This document shows, piece by piece, positions 1 to 13,284 of a DNA stretch of 64,000 nucleotides (positions are counted from its first letter, which is position 1; each line of letters begins with the position of its first letter). A program made the position numbers and the translations under genes. This DNA is from Octopus sinensis (lineage: Eukaryota). Location of the stretch: the NCBI RefSeq assembly GCF_006345805.1, contig NC_043002.1:67146001-67210000 (forward strand), in the 5' to 3' direction. The notes under the pieces are model-generated. The model saw only the letters and a list, made by a program, of their open reading frames with translations, did no database searches and was not told where the DNA came from.

Positions 1-118
1 AGGCACATATATATTCATAAATACATAGAAATATACATATACGTACGCTTGTGTGCTTGAGTGTTTGTGCGCGCGTGTGTGCGTACATCTAATCAGATAT
101 GTCTGTATACATATATAT

Positions 119-392
119 ACTCTTTTACTTGTTTCAGTCACGTGACAGTGGCTATGTTGGAGCACCACCTTTAGTCAAGTAAATTTTTCTTTGTAAATTA
201 TTCTCTGTAAGCCTAGTACTTATTCTATCGGTCTCTTTTGCCGAACCGCTAAATTACGGGGACGTAAACACACCAGCATCGGTAGTCAAGCTATGTTAGG
301 GGGGGGGGGGCAAACACAGACACAAACATATACACACGCATACATATGTATATATATATATATATACATATATACGACGGGCTTCATTCAGT
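119..392 (-). mobile_element. SINE family A, 3' half
   Basis: Reverse complement of the family A body and tail (GACAACCGATGCTGGTG...ACTGAAACAAGTAAAAGA), shared with about 20 copies in the window. Confidence 0.85.
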
Positions 393-1904
393 TATGGTTA
401 TATTTTCTAAAACTCTTAGTTTCAACAGCACATGCACGTGAAATTTATTTTATAAAATAATGAAACAAACGGTTTCTGATGTATACAAATATAAAACCAA
501 ATTACCGGCGCTTTTTCCCCCCACTTAAAATGTAATTCAACTGTAGGAAATAGAAGACATCATAAAGGAATATAAGTCCGAGAGCTAACGATGTTAGCAT
601 ACGCGCTAACGCTCAGGCACGCACTCACGGATGCTCACACACACACACAAATTTATTTTGGTACAATTTAGAAACTGTAATATTGTTTCAGTACAGTTAC
701 CTCAGTAGGAATGAATGTTTCAGATGTTACTAGGCCGAAAAACTATACGCACACACACACACACACACACACACTGTGTTTAATTTCCAGCATTACAATG
801 GAAACCTTGTCTCTTTAAGGTTTGGCCCCGTGTAAAAGGTTGAATTCTATTCTTGTACAAAATCTCTTTGCTCGTGTTCTAAGAATATCGCAAACTTATT
901 TGCAAGAATAATAGACATGACTCATATGGGACCTGAAATTCTCTTTTTTGCATTCATCTGGGTTCTTTTGGGGCTTCTTATGTGTGTCTTAAATTAACGA
1001 TTCGTTTTCTTAACAACATTTAAAAATATATTTGAAAATTACGCAATAACCAGATTGTTAATTTATTTTCAATTTATCCAGTATCCTAATATTCCAAATA
1101 AACTTGCAATTTCAATCTTGGATTTCGTCAGGATAATTTTGAATTTTAACTTGAAGGATTATTATTATTGTGTATTTTGTTGTATTTCGGGAGGGTCGTT
1201 ATGCCAGCAATAAGCACACGCACTTACCTTTTTATGTATCATTCTTCATAAACACGCAATAGATAGGCTACTTAGTGTAGCATTTGTCCTAGGATAACAT
1301 CTCTTATGAACTTACTGTATTAAAAACACAATAAATATCAGAGAGACGAAAATCCGTTCCAGTAGCGGCTTGTGAGACTGTCAGATACATTTCGGCCTTG
1401 TGGCATCTTTTCAATGGCTCGTATTTGTAACCAGTCATATGCACCAACGGGAATTCTTCGTCTTTGGTTAAGGAAATAATTCGTCAGGGAGGAGAGGGCA
1501 ACTCCCATGATCCTGTATTTTTTCAGGCCTCATCCTCCAAGGGATTAAAATAGAAAGTTATCTATAAATCGATCTGGCCTAACGCTTGCAACAGGGCACG
1601 ATAGAGGCATCAAATGACCAGGTAGTATTTTAAATCGAGCGACGAATTAATCTCACTATACAAAAGGAGATTATAACAAACCTAGATGTAAGCAACAAAG
1701 GGGATTTTAGGTTCGATATGATCCGTATCTTTCTATATACTTATATATTCGTGTTATCCTTAGAACACGGTCAATGACATTCTATACAAGAATATATTGA
1801 TCCTTTCTTTTTGCAGAGATAAACTCCAAGAACCCAGAATGCAAAGTGCAGGAACAAATACTGCAAGAGAACCGCAGAGTTCCACCAGACTACCACCTCC
1901 TGGA

Positions 1905-2050
1905 CTAGTACTTTATTTTATCGATCCCCTGAAAGATAAAAGACAAAGCTGCCCTCGGTGGGATTTGAACTCAGAGCGCAGTAAACCAGAACAAAGAGCG
2001 TAATATATTTCGTCATACGCCCTAATGACTCTGCTATTTTGCTGCCGAAC
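1905..2050 (-). mobile_element. SINE family B, old fragment
   Basis: Diverged match to the B core (GTACTTTATTTTATCGATCCC...GATTTGAACTCAGAG). Confidence 0.6.
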
Positions 2051-2948
2051 ATAAGTACAATTAACGATCACTGGTTTATATTCCATGCTTCTTCAAAACC
2101 TCCTTCTTACTACAACTATACTCATTCTTTATTGAAAATTAGTCTTAGGATATGGTTTGGACATGCTATCGCCAACTATTTCTTCTTCAATAATTTATTG
2201 AAGAAACGATTATTGTGTTTTCAGAATTAAGTAGCACTGCTCTTCGTAGTCTTCCTCATATTGTTGCTTAAACTCCAGAGGGATTAATATTTCAGTATAA
2301 AGAGGCTTTTATCACAACATAGATTTTAAAAAAATGAACAATAGAAGGTAAATGTAAGGATTTATCTAAAGAATATAACAATAGAAGAGTAACCATTACT
2401 ACTTTGAATGACCAACTAGAAGTGTGTGGCAGCCATCGAATCCTAATGTTCAACTCTCGTGCAAATAGGATTTTGTATTGTAAACGAAATGGCAATGGTA
2501 GTGCATCGAACAATACAATATCTTTGTTTTTAATTCAAATACCAAGAGTCCAGGATAAGGAGAAGATACAAAAACCGATAAATGCGTATGATCGTAATGG
2601 TAATCGATATGAACCGGTGGATTTGATTAGAGGAACAATGAATTGAAGGGGTGATTCATTAGGACTGAAGAAGAATAGGGCTAACAGCCGTGTATTTATC
2701 TGCATCTGTTTACTTGTTAGCCATCTTGCTGTTAAGATAACATTTCATGTCCAGAGACAGTGTCGTCTTGTCTGTACTTTGTTATACGTTTCCTTTCCCC
2801 CACCCACTCTCTCTCTTATTCAATCTCTCTCTTTTCTTTTCTTTTCTTCGCGTACTTAATGACACCGTTAGTAATAATTATACACAGGCCAACAAATAGA
2901 TTTATTCTTTCTCTTATGCGTTATCGCTTTTAATGGGATTGGCTCTAA

Positions 2949-2950
2949 AG

Positions 2951-2985
<35 letters not shown>

Positions 2986-3345
2986 ATATATGTATATATA
3001 TGTATATATATATATGCATATATATGTATATATATATATATGCATATATATGTATATATAATATATATATGCATATATATGTATATATATATATATATGC
3101 ATGTATGTATGTATGTATGTATATATATATATGTGTGTGTGTGTGTGAGTGTGTATATAAATATATATATATGTATGTATATATATCTATATGTGTATGT
3201 GTATATATATATAAATATACGTATACATATTTACACGTACGCGCGCGCGAAAACGCACACACGCGCTCATACACACATATATATGCACACACACATGTAT
3301 ATGCATACAAATATATATGCATATATATCTGCACATATACAACTA
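2949..3345. repeat. Compound (TA)n/(TG)n/(TATG)n microsatellite
   Basis: Seen directly; the source of several spurious YI-rich ORFs. Confidence 0.95.
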
Positions 3346-3354
3346 TGTGTTATA

Positions 3355-3540
3355 GGCGCAGGAGTGGCTGTGTGGTAAGTAGCTTGCTTACCAACCACAT
3401 GGTTCCGGGTGCAGTCCCACTGTGTGGCACCTTGGGCAAGTGTCTTCCACTATAGCCTCAGGCCGACCAAAGCCTTGTGAGTGGATTTGTTAGGCGGAAA
3501 CTGAAAGAAGCCCGTCTTATGTATGTATATATGTGTGTGT

Positions 3541-3582
<42 letters not shown>

Positions 3583-3822
3583 TGTATGTGTGTGTGTGTT
3601 TGTGTTTGAGTGTCTGTATTTGTCCCCCCAGCATCGCTTGACTACAGATGCTGGTGCGTTTGCGTCCCCGTAACTTAGCGGTTCGGCAAAAGAGACCGAT
3701 AGATTAAGTACTAGGCTTACAAAGAATAAGTCCTGGGGTTGATTTGCTCGTGCAAAGGTGGTGCTCCAGCATGGCCGCAGTCAACGTGTTTCAGTCAAAT
3801 GACTTCAACATGTAAAAAAGAA
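3355..3822 (+). mobile_element. SINE family A, full length
   Basis: tRNA-like head GGCGCAGGAGTGGCTGTGTGGTAAG...GGTTCCGGGT, then GGCACCTTGGGCAAGTG, internal TA/TG microsatellite and conserved 3' body. Confidence 0.9.
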
Positions 3823-4094
3823 AAATGAGTATATGTGTATATATATAGAGAAAGACAGAGAAAGGAAGTGAAAGGGAGTGAGAGGGAGATATAGATATGT
3901 GAATATAATGACAGAATGTGTGTGTGTTGTATTAACACAGGGTATTACAAATCTATAAAACAGTGATGTAACGACCGTCTACTCCAGCTAATGTGTCCCT
4001 TAACCTGACATCGAAGCCCCACGGTTAGGTGAGAATTTGAGTTCCTGCCCTACCACGCCAGCCCACAGATTGCTGGCACAGATCGACTGTCGAT

Positions 4095-4250
4095 TTGATT
4101 AGAGAAAGTACTTGACCGGGCACTTCATTTTATTTACGCTGGAAAGATGAACGGGTAGCGTAAATTTAATAGGATTTGACCGCAGAGTATAAAGAGCCGA
4201 AACGACTATCGCAAGGCTTTTTTCGGACGCTCTAACTGGTCCACCATTCT
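4095..4250 (-). mobile_element. SINE family B, old fragment
   Basis: Diverged B core and head (GGATTTGACCGCAGAG...GACGCTCTAAC). Confidence 0.5.
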
Positions 4251-4538
4251 CAGCAACAAATAACTCTAAACCAATTTTACAGCAAGGACGGTCACAAAAA
4301 CGTGGTTCCAAATCAGAAGTTTCTTTTTATCATTGCATCTGCTAATTTTTATCTACAATTATTGTCTATGGTGGTGTCTGAAAAGCGAGAGAGTTTTTTT
4401 ATAGTGAGGATCTAAAAAAGCTAACTGCGGTTAAAACTTGGAAAACTGTTTATTAGTTGTACCCCAGGCGGGTCATTATGTCAATAATATACAACCGCAC
4501 TGGTTTTATTTCTCTTCTTTTATTAGTATTAGTTAATT

Positions 4539-4927
4539 ACTCTTTTACTTGTTTCAGTCATTTGACTGCGGACATGCTGGAGCACCGCCTTTAGTCGAGC
4601 AAAGCGACCTCAGAGCTTAGTCGTTCCAAGACTAGTACTTATTCTATCGGTGTCTTTTGCCGAACCGCTAAGTTGCGGCGACGTAAGCACACCAGCATCG
4701 GTTGTCAAGCGATGTTGGGGTGGGGGGTGGACAAACACAGACACACAAATATATACACACACATATACATAGATATACGACGGGCTTCTTCCAGTTTCTG
4801 TCTACCAAATCCACTCACAAGGCTTTGGTCGGCCCGAGGCTATAGTAGAAGACATTTTCCCAAGGTGCCACGCAGTGGGACTGAATCCGGGAGATTCAAG
4901 CTACTTACCACAGCCATTCCTGCGCCT
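4539..4927 (-). mobile_element. SINE family A, near full length
   Basis: Reverse-complement match from tail to head (..CAGCCATTCCTGCGCC), with a small internal deletion. Confidence 0.9.
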
Positions 4928-4931
4928 ATAT

Positions 4932-5121
4932 AATTAGTTAACATTTCACCAATTAACTAGTTTATTGTTTGATTAATCGTTAGACTTGATATAGAGACGC
5001 TTTATCATTGATGAAGACGCTAAGGCAATAAAAGGATTCTGATAAACTTGGCTGATTGTTTAATTGATCGAACAATTAATTAAATAATCGATTTGTTAAT
5101 TGGTTAAATAGTTAACTAATT
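4932..5121. mobile_element. AT-rich MITE-like inverted repeat
   Basis: AATTAGTTAACATTTCACCAATTAAC at the left end matches the reverse complement of GTTAATTGGTTAAATAGTTAACTAATT at the right end. Confidence 0.5.
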
Positions 5122-5127
5122 GAATAA

Positions 5128-5339
5128 TACTCTTTTGCTCTTTACTCTTTTAATTGTTTCAGTCACTTGACTGTGTCCATGCTGGGACACCGCCTTTAAT
5201 CGACCAAATCGACCCCAGGACTTATTCTTTGTAAGCCTAGTACTTATTCTATCGAACTCTTTTGCTTAACTGCTAAGTTACAGGGACGTAAACACACCAG
5301 CATCGGTTGTCAAGCAATATTGGGGGGGGGACAAACACA

Positions 5340-5372
<33 letters not shown>

Positions 5373-5535
5373 CGACTGGCTTCTTTCAGTTTCTTTGTAC
5401 CAAATTCACTCACAAGGATTTGGTCGGCCCGAGGCTATAGTAAATGACACTTGCCCAAGGTGTCACACAGTGGGATTGAATCCGGAACCATGTGGTTTGT
5501 AAGTAAGCTACTTACCACACACCCACTCCTGCGCC

Positions 5536-5536
<1 letters not shown>
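5128..5536 (-). mobile_element. SINE family A, full length
   Basis: Complete reverse-complement match; head ends at ACTCCTGCGCC. Confidence 0.9.
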
Positions 5537-5576
<40 letters not shown>

Positions 5577-5611
5577 GAAGAAGAAGAAGAAGAAAGAAGA
5601 AGAAGAAGAAG

Positions 5612-5640
<29 letters not shown>
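5537..5640. repeat. (TAA)n followed by (GAA)n microsatellite
   Basis: Seen directly. Confidence 0.95.
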
Positions 5641-5642
<2 letters not shown>

Positions 5643-5651
5643 GAAATATAT

Positions 5652-5813
5652 TGCGGCAATGCTGGGACACCGCCTTAAAAAGTTCAATCGAACAAATCGC
5701 CTCGTGAATTTTATTTTAAAGTCTGGGACTTAGTCAGTCATCCTTTAGCCGAACCGCTAAGTTACAGAAACGAAAATAAATCAATACCGGTTTTAAAGCG
5801 GTGTGTATGTGTG

Positions 5814-5853
<40 letters not shown>

Positions 5854-6052
5854 GGGATAAATGCAAAGACATGCCCACATAATATACCTCCGGCTTACAG
5901 TTTTCGTCAACCAAATTCACTCACTCACAAGGCTTTGGTTGGTCCAGAGCTTCGGGATAAGACTCTTGCTCAAGATGCCGCGTGGCGGGAGTGAACTCGA
6001 AACAATGTAGTTGCGAAGCAAACTACCTAACCACGCAGCCATACATACGCCT
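5652..6052 (-). mobile_element. SINE family A, older diverged subfamily
   Basis: Diverged GCCGAACCGCTAAGTTAC, CACAAGGCTTTGGT and head ..CCTAACCACGCAGCCATAC. Confidence 0.7.
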
Positions 6053-6224
6053 ATTACACATACACACACACACACAACAATTATTATATGTTGTAACAAA
6101 TCATCATACAGTTAGTGGGCTGCACAACCAAACTATTGGCCGCGGCTGTTGCGTGACGAATAGCACTTCAGTGTACTGTTTCTTCTCATAAAATGTCTAT
6201 AACAATTGCATAACACGACGCAAC

Positions 6225-6400
6225 CAGCTGGCAAAATCATGAGCTTGTCGGGCAATATACGTAGAGGCATTTCTTCCGGCTCTCTACATTCTCAGTTCAA
6301 ATTCCGCCAAGATCAAGTACCAGTGAAGTACTGGAGACTATGTATGCAATCGACTATTCCACTCCCCCTAAGATTGCTGGCCATGCGCCAAAGTTTGAAA
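6225..6400 (+). mobile_element. SINE family B, old copy
   Basis: GCTGGCAAAATC...TTCTCAGTTCAAATTCCGCC...AAGTACCAG...GCCAAAGTTTGAAA. Confidence 0.6.
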
Positions 6401-6427
6401 GAATATTAGCGTAACATGCAATGATAA

Positions 6428-6645
6428 GTGGAGGCACATGGTCTAGTGGTTAGAACAGCAGACTCGCGGTCGAGAGATCGCGGGTTCGTTATCTCAGACC
6501 GAGCGAGGTGTGTGTTTATGAGCGAAACATCTAAGCTCCACGCGGCACCGGCAGAATGTAATGGTGAACTTCTGCTGACTCTTTTGCCACAAATTTTCTC
6601 GCTCTTTCCTCCTGCATCTAGTAGCTCGTCCTGTATGCAAAGTTG
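6428..6645 (+). mobile_element. SINE family C, 5' part
   Basis: tRNA-like head GGAGGCACATGGTCTAGTGGTTAGAACAGCAGACTCGCGGTC; matches 49012-49290. Confidence 0.8.
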
Positions 6646-6926
6646 AGTCTTCCACAGCTCAGTTTTTTTCCGTGGTGGTCACTATTTCCTGAATATATGC
6701 TGTTGAAATAGGGTGCGTCTAATATGGTCGGGTATCTTTTCTATCATCACATACGATATGTGAATTAGTATTAAAACACCATCAATTTTACATTGTGGGC
6801 ACGTATGAATTTGTACCTGGAATATTGTTTATGGAAAAATCGGGTAACAATGAGATTTTAAGTTTTGTGTACAACTTGGGTTCTTTGTGAAGAAAAATAT
6901 CGTAAAATATTTAACGTATTGATGAC

Positions 6927-7088
6927 GGCGTAGGAGTGGCTGTGTAGTAAGTAGCTTGCTTACCAACAACGTGATTCCGGGTTCAGTTCTACTGCGTGGC
7001 ACCATGGTCAAGTGTCTTCTACTATAGCCGCGTGCCGACCAAAGCTTTGTGAGTGAATTTGGTAGACGGAAACTGAAAGAAGCCCGTC

Positions 7089-7136
<48 letters not shown>

Positions 7137-7167
7137 CTGTGTTTGTCCCCCACCCCCACATCGCTAG
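6927..7167 (+). mobile_element. SINE family A, 3'-truncated
   Basis: Head and 5' body with internal (TA)n; ends at GACAACCGATGG. Confidence 0.85.
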
Positions 7168-7282
7168 ACAACCGATGGATGAATGAATCATTAGGAATAC
7201 AATCGTTACTATGGGGAGCTGAAATTATACCATCGGTTGAAAAAGAAAAGAGTGGTCTTTTCTAAGCTGACTTGCTTTGTAC

Positions 7283-7796
7283 CAGGGGTGGGGAAACCCC
7301 ACCCGCGGACGTAATTGCGTCCGCAAGTCCATTTTATTTCGCCCACAGACTGATATATTCGAATGTACAAAATATAGTAAATTTTTCAATTATAAAATTT
7401 ATACAATATTCGTATTCTACTACGACTTAAAACAGTTAGACTAGAACAGAAACTCGTCCGGTAATTGCCATTTGAATGGAAATTTTGTTTTTACTATAAA
7501 ACACATATTGCTAGGTTTTTACCACCCCCTTGAGACCCAACTATACTCTAACTGAAAAACATAGACTACCTCATAAGTAATATAAATGTCCTAAATTCAG
7601 TGGCGGTGTTAATGAAGATGTTACGCGTTAATTTAATGTATTAAATGTATCTTTATTAATGTATGTCGAATTATACATAGATATATACAAGATTTACACA
7701 GATATAAGAGTTAGAACTTGTGATCCACCCGCGGACCTTTTTTTTTACTTCTTTGTAAATTTTGTCCGCCGCACTAAAACGTTTCCCCCACCCTTG
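7283..7796. mobile_element. hAT-type non-autonomous DNA transposon (MITE)
   Basis: TIRs CAGGGGTGGGGAAAC / GTTTCCCCCACCCTTG; 8-bp TSD CTTTGTAC (7275-7282) vs CTTTATAC (7797-7804). Confidence 0.8.
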
Positions 7797-8564
7797 CTTT
7801 ATACGTAAAACACGAACACAATGTCATTAAATGGTTAACCTAGATTTCGGCACTCGCATATATTTTGTTCTCTGCACGACAACAAATGAGTTGTCCAGGA
7901 CCTACATATGCAGTATATATTGTCACCAAGTTGTTTTACGCAGTGGCTCAGCATTGACTCAAATAAAATTCATGTCTGTCAATATATTTATTAAACAGAC
8001 AACCATATAGAAAACAAAACGTCATTTAAACATTTATTTACTTTAATTATTAAACAACTGTATGTTGCACAAATCTAGATATAATTGAATTTAAGCTGTA
8101 AAATTTGGTCAGTGAATATAAGCTTCAGGAAATAATGCTAAATAAATAATAAAAATAAAAATAGAAATACAGGCAGATGCATGCGGGACAACCTATGTTT
8201 ATATTCTATTTTTTTTTTTTTTATTTTGTTGGTATGGTTGTAGGCTGTGAATGTATATTTATGTTTAAAAAATAGTTGAAAATAAGGAAATATTTAAGAG
8301 GATTACCGTAGTGACGTTTAAGATATCTTCTCATTCTAAAGAAGCGAATATGCAAGAGCCATAATCTACAAGTGGTAGGTAATCTCCAGCCAGGCAGGGC
8401 GTGTGTAGATAATGTCGGAAATTTTAATTTAAACTGAAATTAAAGAAAGTGGTATTAGATATATGATGTAAAGAAAACATTATTGATTTCTTTCTTACAA
8501 AAAGACGAATACAATAATATTCACATATATATTTCTCCCAGTAGCAGTTTGAGCTTAAGTGGAA

Positions 8565-8780
8565 GTGCCTAGCTGGCAGATTCGTTAGTGCATCCGAAGA
8601 AAAAAAAATGCTTTGCGGTATTTCTTCCGGTTGTTTTAAATTCTGAGTTCAAATCCCACCGAAGTCAGCTTTGTTTTTCATCGTTTCAGGGTCGATAAAA
8701 TAAATAGCCAAATACTGTATCGAATAATTCCGCCCCGCCCCATCAAAATTTCTAGCCTTATGTCTAAATCAGAAACCATT
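8565..8780 (+). mobile_element. SINE family B
   Basis: GCTGGCAGATTCGTTAG...TTCTGAGTTCAAATCC...GGGTCGATAAAA. Confidence 0.7.
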
Positions 8781-8864
8781 ATTAGCGAAAAAGGGCATTT
8801 TCTTTCAACTGAATATTGAAAGAAGATAGCAGTTTCATTTTACAATATTCGCATGAACGTAATA

Positions 8865-9080
8865 TTGGTTACAAATTTTGGAATAAGGCCAACAATTTCA
8901 GGGGTGGGGATAAGTCGATTACATCGACACCAGTGTTTAAATGGTACTTATTTTATAACCCCCAAAAAGATGACAGGCAAAGTCAACCTTGGCAGGATTT
9001 AAATTCAGAACATAGGGACGGATGAAATGCCGCTAAGCATTTTTCATCACTTAGTAACGATTCGACCAGTTCATCGCCTT
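8865..9080 (-). mobile_element. SINE family B
   Basis: Reverse-complement B copy (GTCGATTACATCGAC...GGCAAAGTCAACC...GCCGCTAAGCATT). Confidence 0.75.
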
Positions 9081-10949
9081 CGCATGAGCATAATATTACT
9101 GTTTCATTTTTTGCAGGACATATGGTTCCATGCTTTTAGAGTAAGAGCAGAACGGATTATTATAGCGCCCATGTCTTTTCCAAGAAGAAATGAGATGTTA
9201 TGACACTTACGACTTTCCTAAAGACATTAACAGTTAAAGCAAAGTAAAATAATCAAAATTCGAATGCTGACTCAGCACACTGGAAGCTTATCTCTAATTT
9301 AATTAATCCTGCTTGAACGCGATATTGCTGTGAATACTAATTATAGCTTCGTAAGATTCATTAGAACTTCGGTAACATTTTACCCCAACCCCAAACGTAA
9401 CGGCACTGACAATACAGAAAAAGGAACAAATCAATATTTGTATGTGTGTGTGTGTATTTGTGTGTCTGTCTATGTGTGGTGGTAGTTGTGGTGGTAGTGG
9501 TGGGGCATGTATATATGTATAAATGCGAAGGAAGGAGTTAGTGCAATAGCAGCTGCCATTTTAACGACAACAACCGACCTAAAAACGACGACGACAACAA
9601 CAACATGACCATCAACAACAACAACATCAACAATAACAACAAATGCTGTATCAACTGCAGTTTGGCAATGTTCCCACAAATACGCAGTGCCAGACGTAAA
9701 GACAAATCTCCTACAAAAGAATTAAATCAAGCGCTAAATATGAAAAAATATCGGAATATTGGAATAAGGAGCGGCCATGATGCATAAACTAACATGTACT
9801 TCAAGTACGAACTGATTGGAATCACTCCAACAACTACAGTGTTTACAAAAATACATAATATTACTCTTCTACACTGCTACACACACTACTAAACTTACGC
9901 TAAACTATAAAATGCTTCCCTCGTATATGATAATAGTTATTATGCTATTCTAGTAAAATACATTACCCTGCACTATACTAAACAGCACTACAATAGCTCA
10001 GATGTGTTACACCAAGTTATTTTATCCAGCTTAATCCCGAGAAACTACAGAAACCCAACTGATCAGCATGGAGTTGCTCATCAGCAAATTAACAGTGTTC
10101 TCACTGTGCCGTTTTCTACAGCAATTTGCAATTGCCTCAGCTCTTTGGAGCCGGATGATCTCACACGACTAACGTATGTTTATCCGACTCATTCATCTCG
10201 CCTCCTCTCGTTATCCGTATTCTATCTCCTCTTCCTCCTCCTCCTCCTAGGTCCCACTATAATTTTTAATCTTTATCCTTCATTGCGAGAACGTCGTTAT
10301 TCCAGAGTTCTTTTCATTGTCTGTTTTTCCTGCAGCCATCTATTTGCAGTTGTTTAAGAACATTAACTGCATCGGTCCTATTGGCCTTTGAGTAGTTGAG
10401 GAAGCTAAGGGTATGGCCCCTTCCTACAAATCAAACCATCAAAATAAAATTTAAAAAAGTATATACCTGCCCCTATACCAAAGTAAGCTACCTATAGATG
10501 TGTGTATGAATGTATGAAGAATTGTTGTTGTTGCTGCAGTTCATATTGAAGTTCCTCCAGTTATGAAAACATTTCCTGAAAAGTATTCAACCATTTAAGA
10601 TATACTAGTGCTACATTATCCGATATATCCGTACTTGTTTAAGATGTCTTGAAGGTTCAAGAAGATCTGGTGATACTTGAAGCAAGTTAATCAATCAAGC
10701 AGAGGCACCCTCTGCGAAATAACTACAGGAATCACTTCGGGGGCGAAATATAAGCATTTCGGGACAAAATATAAGCATTTAAAGTGATTAATTGATCAGA
10801 TGTTAATTTACAGCAATCAAGCCAGGTTATATAGATGTGTTTAGGAAAATGCACACGGATAAGTCAGTCATTTTGTAGAAATGTATTGTGGAGAATGAAC
10901 AAAAATATTTTCATCGTGTGTTCTTGTCAATGAAATATTTCATTCTTTC

Positions 10950-11129
10950 ATTCTTTTAATTTTTTACTTATTTCAGTCATTTCACTGCAGCCATGCTGTA
11001 GCACCGACTTTAGTTGAACAAATCGACCACAGGACTTAATCTTTGTAAGCTTAGTACTTATTCTATCGATGTTTTTAAATGCCGAACCGCTATGTTACGG
11101 GGACGTAAACACACCAGCATCGGTTGTCG
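10950..11129 (-). mobile_element. SINE family A, 3' fragment
   Basis: Tail and 3' body only. Confidence 0.8.
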
Positions 11130-11283
11130 AGTTCCAGATTATCTTTGCAATTTCGGAGGAAAGAAAAATCCGAATGACCCGTCCTTGTTTTCTTTGTATC
11201 GTCTATCTGGATGTTTTGTTGTCACTTTTTGTATCACCTAACTGTCTGGATATTTTGCATTCTTGTCCCGTGTGTGTGCGTGC

Positions 11284-11388
<105 letters not shown>

Positions 11389-11404
11389 GCGCGTGTATAT
11401 ATAG

Positions 11405-11609
11405 TTAATCCAAACATGAAAACACAAAGAGAAAACACAACAACGCGAGGACGTGGAACAGGTACAATGTTATTGGACGCTCAGGAAAGGAAAAAAAGGG
11501 GGAAGTTTTAACGTTTCAAGCGGAGCTCTTCGTCAGAAACATAGGAAAAAGAAAGATCCAAGGAAGGGAAGACAGAGTAAAAAAATCGCCAACGATACAC
11601 ACGTCGTCT

Positions 11610-11610
<1 letters not shown>
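11405..11610 (-). mobile_element. Penelope-like terminal-repeat fragment with small hammerhead-like motif
   Basis: Minus strand CTGACGAAGAGCTCCGCTTGAAACGTT...GAGCGTC; homologous to 37690-37905, 45345-45510 and 50812-51030. The PLE label is inference. Confidence 0.6.
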
Positions 11611-11776
<166 letters not shown>

Positions 11777-11794
11777 ATATAGGAGTGGCTCATA

Positions 11795-12240
11795 GGTGCA
11801 GGAGTGGATGTTTGGTAAGTAGTTTGCTTCCCAATCACATGGTTCCGGGTTCAGTCCTACTGTGTAGCACCTTGGGCAAGTGTCTTCTGCTATAGCCTCG
11901 GGCCCATCAAATCCTTGTGAGTGTTTTTAGTAGACGGAAACTGAAAGAAGCCCGTCGTACACACACACACATATATATATATATATGCTTGTATGTGTGT
12001 GTGTATGTGTGTGTGTGTGTGTGTGTATGTTTGTATGTCTGTGTTTGTGTTCCCCACCAACATCGCTTGACAACCGATGGTGGTGTGCTTACGTCCCCGT
12101 AACTTAGCGGTTCGGCAAAACAAACCGATAGAATAAGTACTAGGCTTACGAAGAGTAAGTCCTGGGGGCAATTTGCTCGACTAAAGGCGGTGCTCCAGCA
12201 TGGCTACAGTCAAATGACTGAAACAAGTAAAAGAATAGAA
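11795..12240 (+). mobile_element. SINE family A, full length
   Basis: Head to tail match; a partial head duplication AGGAGTGGCT lies at 11781. Confidence 0.9.
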
Positions 12241-13074
12241 AAAAATGTGTATGTATGTATATTTATGTATAATCACATATGTTGGTTTTCTTATTTGTGT
12301 ACGTATGTGCAATACGAATTCAATCGATAAAAACCATATTCCATAATTACAGCTCTTATCCCTGTGTATTCGCTTGTATATTTATGAACGTTTATATGCA
12401 TGTATGTACAAATGTCCATCCATCCATCCATGCATCCATGCATACATATATATATGTATGTATGTATGTGTGTATAATTTGAGTGAGACTGTTTCCTATG
12501 TATAATATTAAATGACTGACGTTATTTTCCTTTATTATTATAATAAAGAGTCGTATGTATGTCAGAATCTAGATAATCATGAATAATAGAATGGAATTAC
12601 CATCATTTGGGGATCGACTTGTTAGCCCAAGAATCAAAGGTCCGCACTATATCAATCTATAGATTATGTTTCTAAGGAAACGGTGAGGGTTAGCACTTAA
12701 AATCAATACAAGAAGAATTAATTTTCAATGGAAAGGCTTTTGCCTGATGCACGATAACTTAATTATCTCACCAACTGTTGATATCTGGTTCGTAATGTTT
12801 TATCACTAGGGTGACTAATATCACTATAATAATGATAATAATAACATTTGCAACGGGCAATCTAGTAACACCATTACAATATATTATTTCTCTGGCTATT
12901 TGCTATGCTACGCGTAGGAATATGCTAATGATATCTAAACATACGCGATAATATATATATATATGTACACATGCGCACATACACAAATATATGCTGTTCC
13001 TCACTTGCGTTGCTTTTATCATACGTCCGCATAGACGATAATGAAGAGGGAGATGATAATGATGATGAGCCTTT

Positions 13075-13282
13075 TACTATAAGCAAAAGGAGTGGAATTT
13101 TAGAGGAGAAAGCTAGTCGATTACAGCGACCCCAAGACTGAACTGGTACTTATTTTACTGACCCCGAAAGGATAAAAGGTATACTCGACCAAGGTGGCAT
13201 TTGAACTCAGAACGTAAAGTTCGGACCAAATGCCGCTAAGCATTTTGTCGCGCGCTAACGACTCTGCCGGCTCGCCGCCTTC
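13075..13282 (-). mobile_element. SINE family B
   Basis: Reverse-complement B copy ending ..GCCGGCTCGCCGCCTT. Confidence 0.85.
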
Positions 13283-13284
13283 TC

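Noticed and set aside
1229-1480. Strong minus-strand donor (AAG/GTAAGT at about 1228) and a nearby ~60-codon open frame
   Set aside because: Every acceptor tried gives stops in all frames before the donor; the open frame has no recognisable homology.
2868-3455. Long YI/VC/HT-rich ORFs (also at 11200-11900, 33660-34180, 37860-38445, 45600-45900, 52400-52820, 62170-62480)
   Set aside because: These are translations of (TA)n, (TG)n and (TATG)n microsatellites, which lack stops in some frames.
10004-10357. 117-aa ORF in unique sequence
   Set aside because: TTG start, no recognisable motif, and the hydrophobic stretch comes from a (CCT)n run.
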